Shown here piece after piece: positions 11,849 through 20,109 of a DNA stretch of 40,000 bases. Position 1 is the first letter of the stretch. Every line of letters begins with the position of its first letter. The stretch is from contig OZ244891.1 of assembly GCA_965221475.1 (NCBI GenBank), positions 2,590,191 to 2,630,190 of the forward strand. The letters are read 5' to 3'. The notes under the pieces are model-generated. The model was not told where the DNA came from and did no database searches. It was given only the letters and a program-made list of their open reading frames with translations. The position numbers and the translations under genes were made by a program. Source of the stretch: Alphaproteobacteria bacterium (GTDB lineage: Bacteria > Pseudomonadota > Alphaproteobacteria > Bin65).

Positions 11849-13051
11849 TCAGCCCTCGTAGCGGCCGACGATGGAGACGCTGGAGACATTCTGGTGCGGG
11901 AAGCCGCCCAGATTGTGGGTGAGGCCGATCTTCGGGTCGGCGAGCTGGCGCGCGCCGGCCCGGCCCTGAAGCTGCAGATACATTTCATAGAGCATGCGCA
12001 GGCCCGAAGCGCCGATCGGGTGGCCGAAACATTTCAGGCCGCCGTCGATCTGGCACGGAATCCGGCCGTCGGCATCGTAGAAGCCGTCCAGAATATCCTT
12101 CCAGGCCGTGCCCTCTTCGGAAAGATACAGGTCTTCCATGGTCACCAGTTCGGTGACCGAGAAGCAGTCATGGACCTCGAACATGCTCACTTCTTCGCGC
12201 GGCCGGTTTATGCCGGCTTCCTTGTAGGCCCGTTCGGCGGCGCGGCGTGTGGTCATGAAATAGCTGCCGTCCCAGGAATTGTGGCTCGCCTCCTGGCCGT
12301 TGGAAACGGCGAGCTGCAGCGCCTTGACGCTGACAAGGTCCCGCTTGCCGAGGCTGCGGGCGATCTCCGGCGTGGCGACGATGGCGGCGGCCGACCCGTC
12401 GGAGACGCCGCAACAGTCGAACAGGCCGAGCGGTTCGGCGACCATCGGCGCGTTCAGCACCGTATCGATGTCGATTTCCCGGCGCAGATGGGCCTTCGGA
12501 TTTTTCGCGCCGTTGGCGTGGCTCTTGACCGAAACCTGGGCCATCGCCTTCTTGAGATCGTCGGCCGCCACGCCGTGCTTGGCCGAATAGGCGGTGGCGA
12601 GCTGGGCGAAGCTGCCGGGCGCCGAGGCATTCGGCCAGTACATGTCGGCCACCGCCCCGCGCATGCGCTGGGGCAGGCCGCCATAGCCGGTGTCCTTCAG
12701 CTTCTCGACGCCGACCGCCAGCGCGATGTCCGCGGCCCCGGATGCCACGGCATAGCAGGCGCCGCGGAAGGATTCGGTGCCCGAGGCGCAATAGTTCTCA
12801 ACCCTCGTCACCGGGATGTAGGGCAGGCGCAGGCTGACCGCGAGCGGCACGCCCGACTTGCCGACATGCTGTTCCTCGATCGCTGTCGAGAACCAGGCGG
12901 CGTCGATCCGGCTGCGCTCGATGCCGGCGTCCTCCAGGCATTCCTCGACCGCCTCGACGATCAGGTCTTCGGCGTTCATGTCCCAGCGCTCGCCGAATTT
13001 CGAGCAGCCCATGCCCAGAATCGCCACCTTGTCCTTGATGCCGCGTGCCAT
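11849..13051 (-). CDS. SCP-x / lipid-transfer-type thiolase
   Basis: MARGIKDKVAILGMGCSKFGERWD, nucleophile Cys in VENYCASGTE, and C-terminal CFGHPIGASG. ATG 13051 is preferred over track start 13096. Confidence 0.85.
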   Translation of the reverse strand: MARGIKDKVAILGMGCSKFGERWDMNAEDLIVEAVEECLEDAGIERSRIDAAWFSTAIEEQHVGKSGVPLAVSLRLPYIPVTRVENYCASGTESFRGACYAVASGAADIALAVGVEKLKDTGYGGLPQRMRGAVADMYWPNASAPGSFAQLATAYSAKHGVAADDLKKAMAQVSVKSHANGAKNPKAHLRREIDIDTVLNAPMVAEPLGLFDCCGVSDGSAAAIVATPEIARSLGKRDLVSVKALQLAVSNGQEASHNSWDGSYFMTTRRAAERAYKEAGINRPREEVSMFEVHDCFSVTELVTMEDLYLSEEGTAWKDILDGFYDADGRIPCQIDGGLKCFGHPIGASGLRMLYEMYLQLQGRAGARQLADPKIGLTHNLGGFPHQNVSSVSIVGRYEG

Positions 13052-13141
13052 GTTCCGTGCTCCCGCTCGCTGTCGTTCTGTCCCTTTATCGCCCACTCTA
13101 CGGCCGGAAAGGCCTCGGGTGAAGCGGCTTTGCGTGCAAAC

Positions 13142-13489
13142 CTACTCCGACCAGACGGCCAGTTCGTTGCCGTTCGGATCGAGGAAATGAAAGCGCCGGC
13201 CGCCGGGAAATTCATAGATCGGCTTCACGATCCGGCCGCCCGCGGCCTCGACCCCGGCGAGGGTCGCCGGCAGATCGCGGGCATAGATCACCGGCAGGAT
13301 GCCGGGCGCCGTCGCCTGCGCGCCGTCCAGGCCGTTGAAGCCGCCATCGATGCCGGCGCCGGCAAAGCTGATATAGTCGGGGCCCCAATCGGTGAACTGC
13401 CAGCCGAAGGCCCGGCCATAGAAGGCTTTGGTTCCCTCATTGTCGGCGAGCGGCAGTTCGATATAGTCGATATGGCAGTCCGTGCTCAT
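13142..13489 (-). CDS. VOC (glyoxalase/bleomycin-resistance fold) family protein
   Basis: 115 aa: MSTDCHIDYIELPLAD...FHFLDPNGNELAVWSE. The ATG at 13489 overlaps the stop of the upstream HAD gene (ATGA). The rest of track ORF 13142..13837 is out-of-context extension. Confidence 0.7.
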   Translation of the reverse strand: MSTDCHIDYIELPLADNEGTKAFYGRAFGWQFTDWGPDYISFAGAGIDGGFNGLDGAQATAPGILPVIYARDLPATLAGVEAAGGRIVKPIYEFPGGRRFHFLDPNGNELAVWSE

Positions 13490-14208
13490 GCCTCGACCCC
13501 CAGGGCACGGGCCAGGTCCGGGAAGCTGTCGACGACGATATCGCAGGCCGGGTTCGCATCCGGGTCGGGCGGGCCTTCCGGGCCCCATTCGTCGGGCCGG
13601 CGCACGAAGGCGGTACGGAAGCCGACCGCCCGGGCCGCGTCCAGATCCCAATTGTGGCAGGCCACCATCAGGCAGGCGCCCGGCTCGACCTGCAGGCGGT
13701 GCGCCACGGTGCGGTAGCTCTCCGGCAGCAGCTTGTATTTGCCGATGCCTTCGCAGCTGAATACGGCATCCCAGGATAGACCGTTCTGTCGAGCTGTATC
13801 GAGAATCAGCCGATAGGACAGGATGGTGAAGGAGCACACCAGATAGCGCTCGCGCAGCCGGGGCAGCATGGCCGGAAAGTCCGGCCAGCAGGAGAAGCGG
13901 TGCGGCGCCTCGCGGGCGATGGCGTGGATGTCTTCCGCCGTGAAGGCGTCCAGCCCGTGCTCCCGCACGACCGCTTCGGTCGCCTCCCGGTGGGCGTCGT
14001 CGAAATTCCGGTCCGGCGGTTCGTGCTCGCCCAGATTGAGCATGGCCTTAAGGCTGCGGCGGCGCAGATCGTTGACGAGCGCCGACCAGTCGCGCTCGAC
14101 GCCGCGGCGGGCGCCGGCGGCGGCGAAGGCGTCGCGGAAACCGCTGTGCCAGTCGAGGATCGTGCCGCCGGTATCGAAGGTGAGGGCCGCGATATCGTCC
14201 GGATTCAT
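13486..14208 (-). CDS. HAD superfamily hydrolase, haloacid dehalogenase type II-like
   Basis: N-terminal nucleophile motif LTFDTGGTILDW. 240 aa. ATGA overlap with the upstream gene. Confidence 0.75.
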   Translation of the reverse strand: MNPDDIAALTFDTGGTILDWHSGFRDAFAAAGARRGVERDWSALVNDLRRRSLKAMLNLGEHEPPDRNFDDAHREATEAVVREHGLDAFTAEDIHAIAREAPHRFSCWPDFPAMLPRLRERYLVCSFTILSYRLILDTARQNGLSWDAVFSCEGIGKYKLLPESYRTVAHRLQVEPGACLMVACHNWDLDAARAVGFRTAFVRRPDEWGPEGPPDPDANPACDIVVDSFPDLARALGVEA

Positions 14209-15692
14209 GCCCCGTCTCCCGCGCCATGGTCCGGCGTCGCTTTCCAGAAATACTTGATGAAGCCGCGCTTCTCATCGACCGCGCGGCGGCGGAACACCAT
14301 GCGCACCGGCATGCCGACCGCGACCTCGCCGGGCGCGACATCGGTCATGTCGGCCATCAGCCGTCCGCCGCCGTCGAACACGACCATGCCGAAATGGGCC
14401 GGCGGGTCGGGCGAATAGGTCAGATTGTCGGCGGTCCAGCTCTGCACCTTCGCCGGCAGCTCGGCGAAGGGGTGCGGGTCCTGGCTGTTGAAGGCGCCGC
14501 AGTTCGGGCCGACGCAGGCCCGCGTCCTCGGATATTGCACCGTGCCGCACACCCGGCATTTGCCGCCGACGAAGCCGAGCACCATGTTGCGATTGCGATA
14601 GAGGGCGCTCAGCGCGGTCGGCGCATCGAGCTCGGCCCGGATGCCGCGATCCTGGTCCACCAGGTCGTTGAAGCTGAGATAGCGGTTGTAGTTGCTCTCG
14701 GCCCGGCGCCGGGCGAGATAGCCCTTCACGCCCTGGCGCGGCGGCAGCGTTTTCAGCGCCGGTGCGGTGCGGAACAGCAGTACATCGCAGCCCTGGCCCC
14801 AGCCGAGCATGAGGATCGTCCGTTCCGGTTCGGCCTCCTGCAGACAATCGGCCAGCATGACCAGCGGATGGGCGGTGCCGGCCTCGCCGAGCTGGGCCTG
14901 CATGGTATCGCGCACCGCGCCGGCGTCGATGCCGCTCAGCGTTGCCACCTTCTGCGGCACGCCGCGGATCAGCGCCGGCATGATGAAATGGTCGATATCG
15001 GCACCGGTCAGACCGGTCTGTTCTAGTGCCGCCTCGATGGCGCGCGGTGCGATCCTGAAATAGCCCTCGTCGCGGATCCAGCGTTCCTCCCAATTATAGT
15101 CGTATCGGGAATCGCCGCCGCGATAGTGATCGACGAAGTCGATGGAAAGCTGGTGCCCGCCCAGATATTCGGCAATCGGTTCGCCGCGGCCGACCGTGAA
15201 TGCCGCCGCCGCATCGCCGAACTGCAGCTCCTGCGGACCGGAGGCGCGGGTCCGGCGCTTGTCCGCCGCGACCACCAGCGTATCGCCGCCATTGGCGTTG
15301 CGCAGGGCGTTCATCAGGCCGGAGGTGCCGGCGCGCTGCGAGCCGGCGAAGTCCATTGTCGCCACGGTCTCGTCGAAATTGAGCGCGGTGGCGAGGATGC
15401 CGGCATTCTGCCGGTCGTCGAACGGCAGGGTGGTCGAGGCGAAGGTCAGTGCCGCAACCGCCGGCTGCGCGCCCTCGTCCAGCCGGGCCGGGGTCAGGCA
15501 GTCGCGCGCCGCCTCGACGGCCATGGTCAGGCTGTCCTCGTCCCAGTTGCAGATCGCGCGCTCGCCGCGGGCGAGGCCCTTGATGGCCGGGTTGAACCAG
15601 GCGTTGGCCTCGGCGATGGCCTTGCGGCTCAGCCGCAGCCGCGGGACATAGGCGCCATAGGCCTTCAGGCCGACTGTATCGGTGCCGGTCAT
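14205..15692 (-). CDS. HMG-CoA synthase-like condensing-enzyme domain fused to a DUF35 zinc-ribbon/OB-fold domain
   Basis: The N-terminal roughly 370 aa resemble HMGCS/KAS-III (AYGAYVPRLRLSRKAI...NWDEDSLTMAVEAA). The C-terminal part has a Zn ribbon (GGKCRVCGTVQYPRTRACVGPNCG) followed by an OB-fold-like tail. ATG 15692 is in frame within track ORF 14205..16097, whose first 135 codons overlap the crotonase gene and are rejected. Confidence 0.75.
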   Translation of the reverse strand: MTGTDTVGLKAYGAYVPRLRLSRKAIAEANAWFNPAIKGLARGERAICNWDEDSLTMAVEAARDCLTPARLDEGAQPAVAALTFASTTLPFDDRQNAGILATALNFDETVATMDFAGSQRAGTSGLMNALRNANGGDTLVVAADKRRTRASGPQELQFGDAAAAFTVGRGEPIAEYLGGHQLSIDFVDHYRGGDSRYDYNWEERWIRDEGYFRIAPRAIEAALEQTGLTGADIDHFIMPALIRGVPQKVATLSGIDAGAVRDTMQAQLGEAGTAHPLVMLADCLQEAEPERTILMLGWGQGCDVLLFRTAPALKTLPPRQGVKGYLARRRAESNYNRYLSFNDLVDQDRGIRAELDAPTALSALYRNRNMVLGFVGGKCRVCGTVQYPRTRACVGPNCGAFNSQDPHPFAELPAKVQSWTADNLTYSPDPPAHFGMVVFDGGGRLMADMTDVAPGEVAVGMPVRMVFRRRAVDEKRGFIKYFWKATPDHGAGDGA

Positions 15693-15787
15693 GCTTCTCT
15701 TGTTTCCCTGGGCTTCGGGGGCATGGTGCCGGCGCATTGTGCCAGAGGCGCGCGCCGGCGTCGCGCCCCTTGTCGCCGCGCCGGCGG

Positions 15788-16582
15788 TCAGGCGCTGCCG
15801 GCCCGGCGGAAATCCGGCCGGCGCTTGTTCAGGAAGGCGTCGAAGCCGATCCGCGTCTCCTCGTCGGCGAAGGCATCGCAGATGAAGCCCGCCTCCATGG
15901 CGAGCTGCTCGCCGAAACTGTTGCCGGGCGCGGCCTCGATCAGCCTCTTGATCCGGCCGATGGCATTCTGCGGCCCGTCGGCGAGGCGGCGGGCCAGTGC
16001 CATCGCCTCGTCCAGGGCGCCGCCGGAATCGGTCAGCCGGTTGACGATGCCGTGCCGGTGCAGGGTCCCGGCATCGACCGGATCGCCGAACAGGCACAGT
16101 TCGCTCACCGTATGCCGGGGCAGCAGGCGCATCAGCGAGGCGGTGGCGCCGCCGTCCGGGCTGAGGCCGATCTTCACATAGGCGACGACATATTTCGCAT
16201 CGCGCGACGACACGAGCAGATCGCAGGCCAGGGCGAGCGAGACGCCGGCGCCGGCCGCGACCCCCTCGACCGCGGCGATGATCGGCCGGGGACAGGCGCG
16301 GATCGCCTCGATCCAGCCATGGAGCAGCCGGACCGAGGCCATGCTGTCCGAGCGCGGCAGCTGCCGCCGCTCGGGGAAATTGCCGACATTGCCGCCGGAA
16401 CAGAAGACGCCGTTCGCCCCGGTCAGCACGACGGCGCGCACCGCCGGATCGCGGCCGGCGTCTATGACCGCCGCTGTCGCCTTCTCATAGATGTCGCGGG
16501 CAATCGCGTTGCGGGTCGCCGGATCGTCCAGGGTGAGGAGCAGGATATCGTCCCGGCGTTCGATATGGATCTGGGCAGGCAT
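15788..16582 (-). CDS. enoyl-CoA hydratase/isomerase (crotonase) family protein
   Basis: VVLTGANGVFCSGGNVG and AAVEGVAAGAGVSLALACDL crotonase motifs. 264 aa. Confidence 0.88.
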   Translation of the reverse strand: MPAQIHIERRDDILLLTLDDPATRNAIARDIYEKATAAVIDAGRDPAVRAVVLTGANGVFCSGGNVGNFPERRQLPRSDSMASVRLLHGWIEAIRACPRPIIAAVEGVAAGAGVSLALACDLLVSSRDAKYVVAYVKIGLSPDGGATASLMRLLPRHTVSELCLFGDPVDAGTLHRHGIVNRLTDSGGALDEAMALARRLADGPQNAIGRIKRLIEAAPGNSFGEQLAMEAGFICDAFADEETRIGFDAFLNKRRPDFRRAGSA

Positions 16583-16785
16583 GGTCTCTGTCGCGTCCGA
16601 TCAGGGGGAGGAGGGGACCGGTATGTCAGCATATGCCGGCAAATGTAAGGGGCGGCATTGCAGCCGGGCCGGCTGCGCTTGCCTTGCCGGCGCGCCCTCG
16701 CCTACGCTGGCGCCAGACCGGCCGCATCCGCAGCCGGCCCCCATGACAGCGCCGGATGGCGGCGCTTCGCAGACCGGAGGACACG

Positions 16786-17064
16786 ATGAGATACGTCATG
16801 CTCGGCAGGCAGAGCCGCGACTGGCTGGGGCGGCACGAGGAGCGCAAGCGGCTGGCGCTCGCCAGGGCCGGCGAGCTCGGCATCGAATTCCACTCGATCC
16901 ACTACACCCAGGGCGCCTTCGACTTCGTCGATATCGCCGATGCGCCGTCGCCCGAGGCGATGCTGAAATTCTCCGTCTGGTACGCACAGCAGGGTTTCGG
17001 CTCGTTTCAGAGCCTGCCCGCCTTCGACGACGAGGCCATGGCGGCAGCAGCGCGGGAGGCATAG
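16786..17064 (+). CDS. GYD domain-like small protein
   Basis: MRYVMLGR...HYTQGAFDFVDIADAPSPEAMLKFSV...FQSLPAF follows the GYD-domain pattern. GGAGG lies 5 nt upstream of ATG 16786, which is in frame within track ORF 16756..17064. Confidence 0.65.
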   Translation: MRYVMLGRQSRDWLGRHEERKRLALARAGELGIEFHSIHYTQGAFDFVDIADAPSPEAMLKFSVWYAQQGFGSFQSLPAFDDEAMAAAAREA

Positions 17065-17086
17065 CCCCGCCCTCTCGCGGCCGGGG

Positions 17087-18235
17087 TCAGAACTTGCCGT
17101 CGGTCGAGGGGTAGGCGTCGATCCCGAGCGTACCGCGAAAATCCGCCGACATCGCGGCCTTCTGGTCTTCCAGCGGGATGCCGGTCGCGTCGGCAATCCG
17201 CACCACGGCGTTGAAGATGGCGAGGACGGCGGCGGCATCGACCGTCGCCGCATCGCCGATTTCGGCCTGCAGCCGGGCGCGCGCCGCGGCGAAGTCGCCG
17301 CCATCGGCAAAGAAGGCGTCGGCATAGCCGGTCAGCGCCGCGGCGCCGGCGACCCCGCGGCCCGGTGCGGCGTCCGGTCCGCCGTCCGCGACGATGGCGG
17401 TCAGATCGTAGTCGTCGCCGCTATGCTCGCCGCTCCCACGGAGCAGCACCGCGTGGCTGGTGGTTCAGTAGACGCACTGGTTGATCGCCGACACCCTGGC
17501 GGCCAGGAACTCGATCTGGGCGTGGGTCAGCGCCCGGTATTCGGTGCCGAAATCCCGCAGCACCGCATCGGGCAGATAGTGGACCGCATCGAGGTCGAAG
17601 AAGCCGGTCGTCTCCGACGGGACGAGGGAGAGGGCGCGGTGGATGTTCACACCGGCCAGGCCGTCATACAGGCCGGCCTCGGCCCCGGTGACATCTTCCG
17701 GCGCCACCGTTGCAACCCAGGCGAGGCCGGGTTTCGCGCCGGCCGGCCGGTGCCGGCGCGGCTCGCCGGCCGCCGGGTCCGGCAGTTCGTGGCGCGGCAG
17801 GCCCATGGCATCGCAGAAACTGTCGATGGCGACGACCGTGGCGACGATGCCGACGGTCTCGACATATTCGCCTTCGCTCAACCCCTGCGCCAGGGCGCGC
17901 TCGCAGAAGCGCCGGGTCAGCCGGCCGGCATCGGTGCGGATGCGGTGGACGACATCGATGAGATTTTCCGGCAGCGCCGTCGCCGCGTCGTGCCTGCCGG
18001 TCACGGCTTCGGGCGAGAGCGCCGCCTTGCGCTGGCGGCAGAGGGCGCAATCCGGCGCGGCGCGGGTTTCGCGGGCGATGGCGATGCGGACCGCGCCGGG
18101 CCACCATTCGCCGGGTGCTGCCAGCCGGGCCCAGGCGCGCCTGTGGGCCGCGACCAGATCGTCGCGCACCGGCAGAGGGCTGTGGCGATAGTCCAGCGTT
18201 GGGACCGGAGCGGCGGGCATCGGTTCGGCGGGCAT
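17087..18235 (-). CDS. AhpD/carboxymuconolactone-decarboxylase (CMD) family peroxidase-related protein with in-frame TGA (17465-17467), a probable selenocysteine in a C-V-Y-U redox motif
   Basis: Track ORFs 17465..18325 and 17087..17449 share a frame, since their offset of 378 nt is 126 codons. They are separated only by the TGA and five sense codons. The joined sequence ...FLAARVSAINQCVY-[TGA]-TTSHAVLLRGSG matches the CMD motif S..N.C.YC...H, with TGA at the second Cys. The N-terminal half carries a second CxxC (DCALC). Start ATG 18235 or 18220 lies just downstream of the trmFO stop. Confidence 0.6.
17428..17448 (-). promoter_or_regulatory. candidate bacterial SECIS hairpin downstream of the in-frame UGA
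   Basis: The mRNA 5'-UGCUGCUCC-GUG-GGAGCGGCG-3' forms a 9-bp stem (two G-U pairs) with a GUG apical loop. The stem starts 17 nt after the UGA and the loop starts 26 nt after it. It was folded by eye only. Confidence 0.4.
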
Positions 18236-18273
18236 GGGAACGGAACCCCTGCAAGGCGCAACAGGGCAGGGAT

Positions 18274-19692
18274 TTAAGGGCCGGCGGCGCGTCTGGGAAG
18301 GCCGGCAACGGCGGCTTCGGCACATGGCCGGGCCAGCCAGCGGTCGAGATCGGCGAGCGCGCGCTGCGCCATCGCCTGCCTGCGCGCCCGCCCCTTTGGC
18401 CGGCGTCCGCCCGGCATCGCATCCTCAGCCGGCGGCGGCATCAGGCCGAAATTGACGTTCATCGGCTGGAAGCTGTCGGCCGCCGCGCCGCCGGTGATGT
18501 GCCCCAGCAGCGCGCCGAGAGCGGTGGTCTCCGGCGGCGGCGCGAAGGGGCTGCCGCGCCGTTCCGCCGCCGCCATGCGGCCGGCCAGCAGCCCGATGGC
18601 CGCGCTTTCGACATAGCCCTCGACGCCGGCGACCTGGCCGGCGAAGCGCAGGCGCGGCGCGGCCTTCAGGCGCAGCTGGCCATCCAGCAGAAGCGGGCTG
18701 TTCAGGAAGGTATTGCGGTGGATGCCGCCGAGCCGGGCGAAGCGCGCCTGCTCCAGCCCCGGAATCGTGCGGAAGATCGCGGTCTGGGCGCCGTGCTTCA
18801 GCCGGGTCTGAAAGCCGACCATGTTGAACAGGGTGCCGAGCGCATTGTCCTGGCGCAGCTGCACCACGGCATGGGCGCGCCGGCCGGTGCGCGGATCGGT
18901 CAGGCCGACCGGCTTCATCGGCCCGTAGCGCAGGGTCTCGCGGCCGCGCTCGGCCATCACCTCGATGGGCAGGCAGCCTTCGAACCAGGGCGTATCCTTC
19001 TCCCAGTCCCGCAACGCCGTCTTTTCGCCGGCGATGAGGGCATCGATGAAGCCGTTGTACTGCGCTTCGTCCAGCGGGCAGTTGATATAGGCCTGCCGGT
19101 CGCCGCCGGGGCCGGCCCGGTCGTAGCGCGACTGGCGCCAGACGATGCTTTCGTCGACCGAATCGACATGGACGATGGGGGCGATGGCGTCGAAGAAGGC
19201 CAGCGACTCCTCGCCGGTCAGGTCGATGATCGCCTGCGCCAGCGAAGGCGAGGTCAGCGGGCCGGTGGCGACGATGGTGCTGCCCCAGTCGGCCGGCGGC
19301 AGGCCGGCGATCTCGCCGCGCCGGATATCGACCAGCGGATGCGCCTCCAGCCGGCCCTGCACCGCGGCGGCGAAACCGTCCCTGTCCACCGCCAGGGCGC
19401 CGCCGGCCGGCACCTTGTTGGCATCCGCCGCCGCGAGGATCAGCGAGCCGCAGCGCCGCATCTCCTCGTGCAGCACGCCGATGGCGCTGGTCTGGGCATC
19501 GTCGGACCGGAAGGAATTGGAGCAGACCAGCTCGGCAAGCCGGTCGGTGCGATGGGCGTCCGTGCCGCGCTGCGGCCGCATTTCGTGCAGGACGGCCGGC
19601 ACACCGGCGCCGGCCGCCTGCCACGCCGCTTCGCATCCGGCTAGGCCGCCGCCGACGATATGGACGGGCGCGAGGGAGGAGGTTCCGGTCAT
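18274..19692 (-). CDS. trmFO: methylenetetrahydrofolate--tRNA-(uracil-5-)-methyltransferase TrmFO
   Basis: [20 protein letters not shown]-binding N-terminus, followed by [14 protein letters not shown] and [20 protein letters not shown]. 472 aa. Confidence 0.92.
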   Translation of the reverse strand: MTGTSSLAPVHIVGGGLAGCEAAWQAAGAGVPAVLHEMRPQRGTDAHRTDRLAELVCSNSFRSDDAQTSAIGVLHEEMRRCGSLILAAADANKVPAGGALAVDRDGFAAAVQGRLEAHPLVDIRRGEIAGLPPADWGSTIVATGPLTSPSLAQAIIDLTGEESLAFFDAIAPIVHVDSVDESIVWRQSRYDRAGPGGDRQAYINCPLDEAQYNGFIDALIAGEKTALRDWEKDTPWFEGCLPIEVMAERGRETLRYGPMKPVGLTDPRTGRRAHAVVQLRQDNALGTLFNMVGFQTRLKHGAQTAIFRTIPGLEQARFARLGGIHRNTFLNSPLLLDGQLRLKAAPRLRFAGQVAGVEGYVESAAIGLLAGRMAAAERRGSPFAPPPETTALGALLGHITGGAAADSFQPMNVNFGLMPPPAEDAMPGGRRPKGRARRQAMAQRALADLDRWLARPCAEAAVAGLPRRAAGP

Positions 19693-19767
19693 GGCCGCGG
19701 ATATGGTCTGCCGGGCGCGCCGGGAAAGGCTGCCGGACGCCGCAATGCGCGCACCGGCGCAAGGGTT

Positions 19768-19802
19768 TTGACGGCCGGGGCGCCGGCGATTAGGTTGCGC
19801 AA
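19768..19802 (+). promoter_or_regulatory. possible sigma-70-type promoter (TTGACG-17 nt-TAGGTT) with the palindrome TTGCGCAA overlapping the -10
   Basis: TTGACG is at 19768-19773, followed by a 17-nt spacer and TAGGTT at 19791-19796. The perfect 8-bp palindrome TTGCGCAA is at 19795-19802. This is about 30-60 bp upstream of the first gene of the 12-gene operon. Pattern match only. Confidence 0.25.
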
Positions 19803-19830
19803 CTCAATCCCTTTCTTCGCCGGAGAGCCC

Positions 19831-20073
19831 ATGACCAGCCCGCGCATGACCCACCCGCTGGCCGGAATCGACTATTCGCACCAGTGCCGCGACTGGGAGG
19901 AGACGCCGTATACCAGGGCGCTGGGCGATGCGCTCGAACGCCTGTTCGACCGCGAGGTCCACGATCTCGACGGCATCGTGACCGGCCTGAACGAGGCCGG
20001 CGTCGCGCCGCCCGACGGCAAGTGCTGGACCGCCGGGAACTTCAGGGCGGAAATGGCGCGCCTGGGCGCCTGA
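19831..20073 (+). CDS. small (80 aa) protein with a recombinase-domain-like helix-turn-helix segment
   Basis: GGAGAG lies 3 nt upstream of ATG 19831, which is in frame within track ORF 19660..20073. The C-terminal DLDGIVTGLNEAGVAPPDGKCWTAGNFRAEMARLG resembles the I-A-x-x-L-N-x-x-G-x-x-x-x-x-G-x-x-W segment of serine-recombinase 'recombinase' domains. No catalytic domain is present. Confidence 0.5.
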   Translation: MTSPRMTHPLAGIDYSHQCRDWEETPYTRALGDALERLFDREVHDLDGIVTGLNEAGVAPPDGKCWTAGNFRAEMARLGA

Positions 20074-20109
20074 AGCGCCCCCGACGCAATTCCGCCGCAC
20101 CGCGCTGCC

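Noticed and set aside
15693-16097. A 135-codon N-terminal extension of the 630-aa ORF 14205..16097.
   Set aside because: It overlaps the 3' part of the crotonase gene in another frame and is Arg/Pro-rich. The recognisable HMGCS-like sequence begins at the in-frame ATG 15692.
16604-17114. A strong Shine-Dalgarno-like GGGGGAGGAGGGG followed 8 nt later by ATG 16623. This opens a Cys-rich reading frame (MSAYAGKCKGRHCSRAGCAC...) that runs to 17114.
   Set aside because: The frame overlaps the whole GYD gene out of frame and has shadow-ORF composition. The purine run is simply the complement of a C/T run upstream of the divergent crotonase gene. There is no independent support for a peptide.
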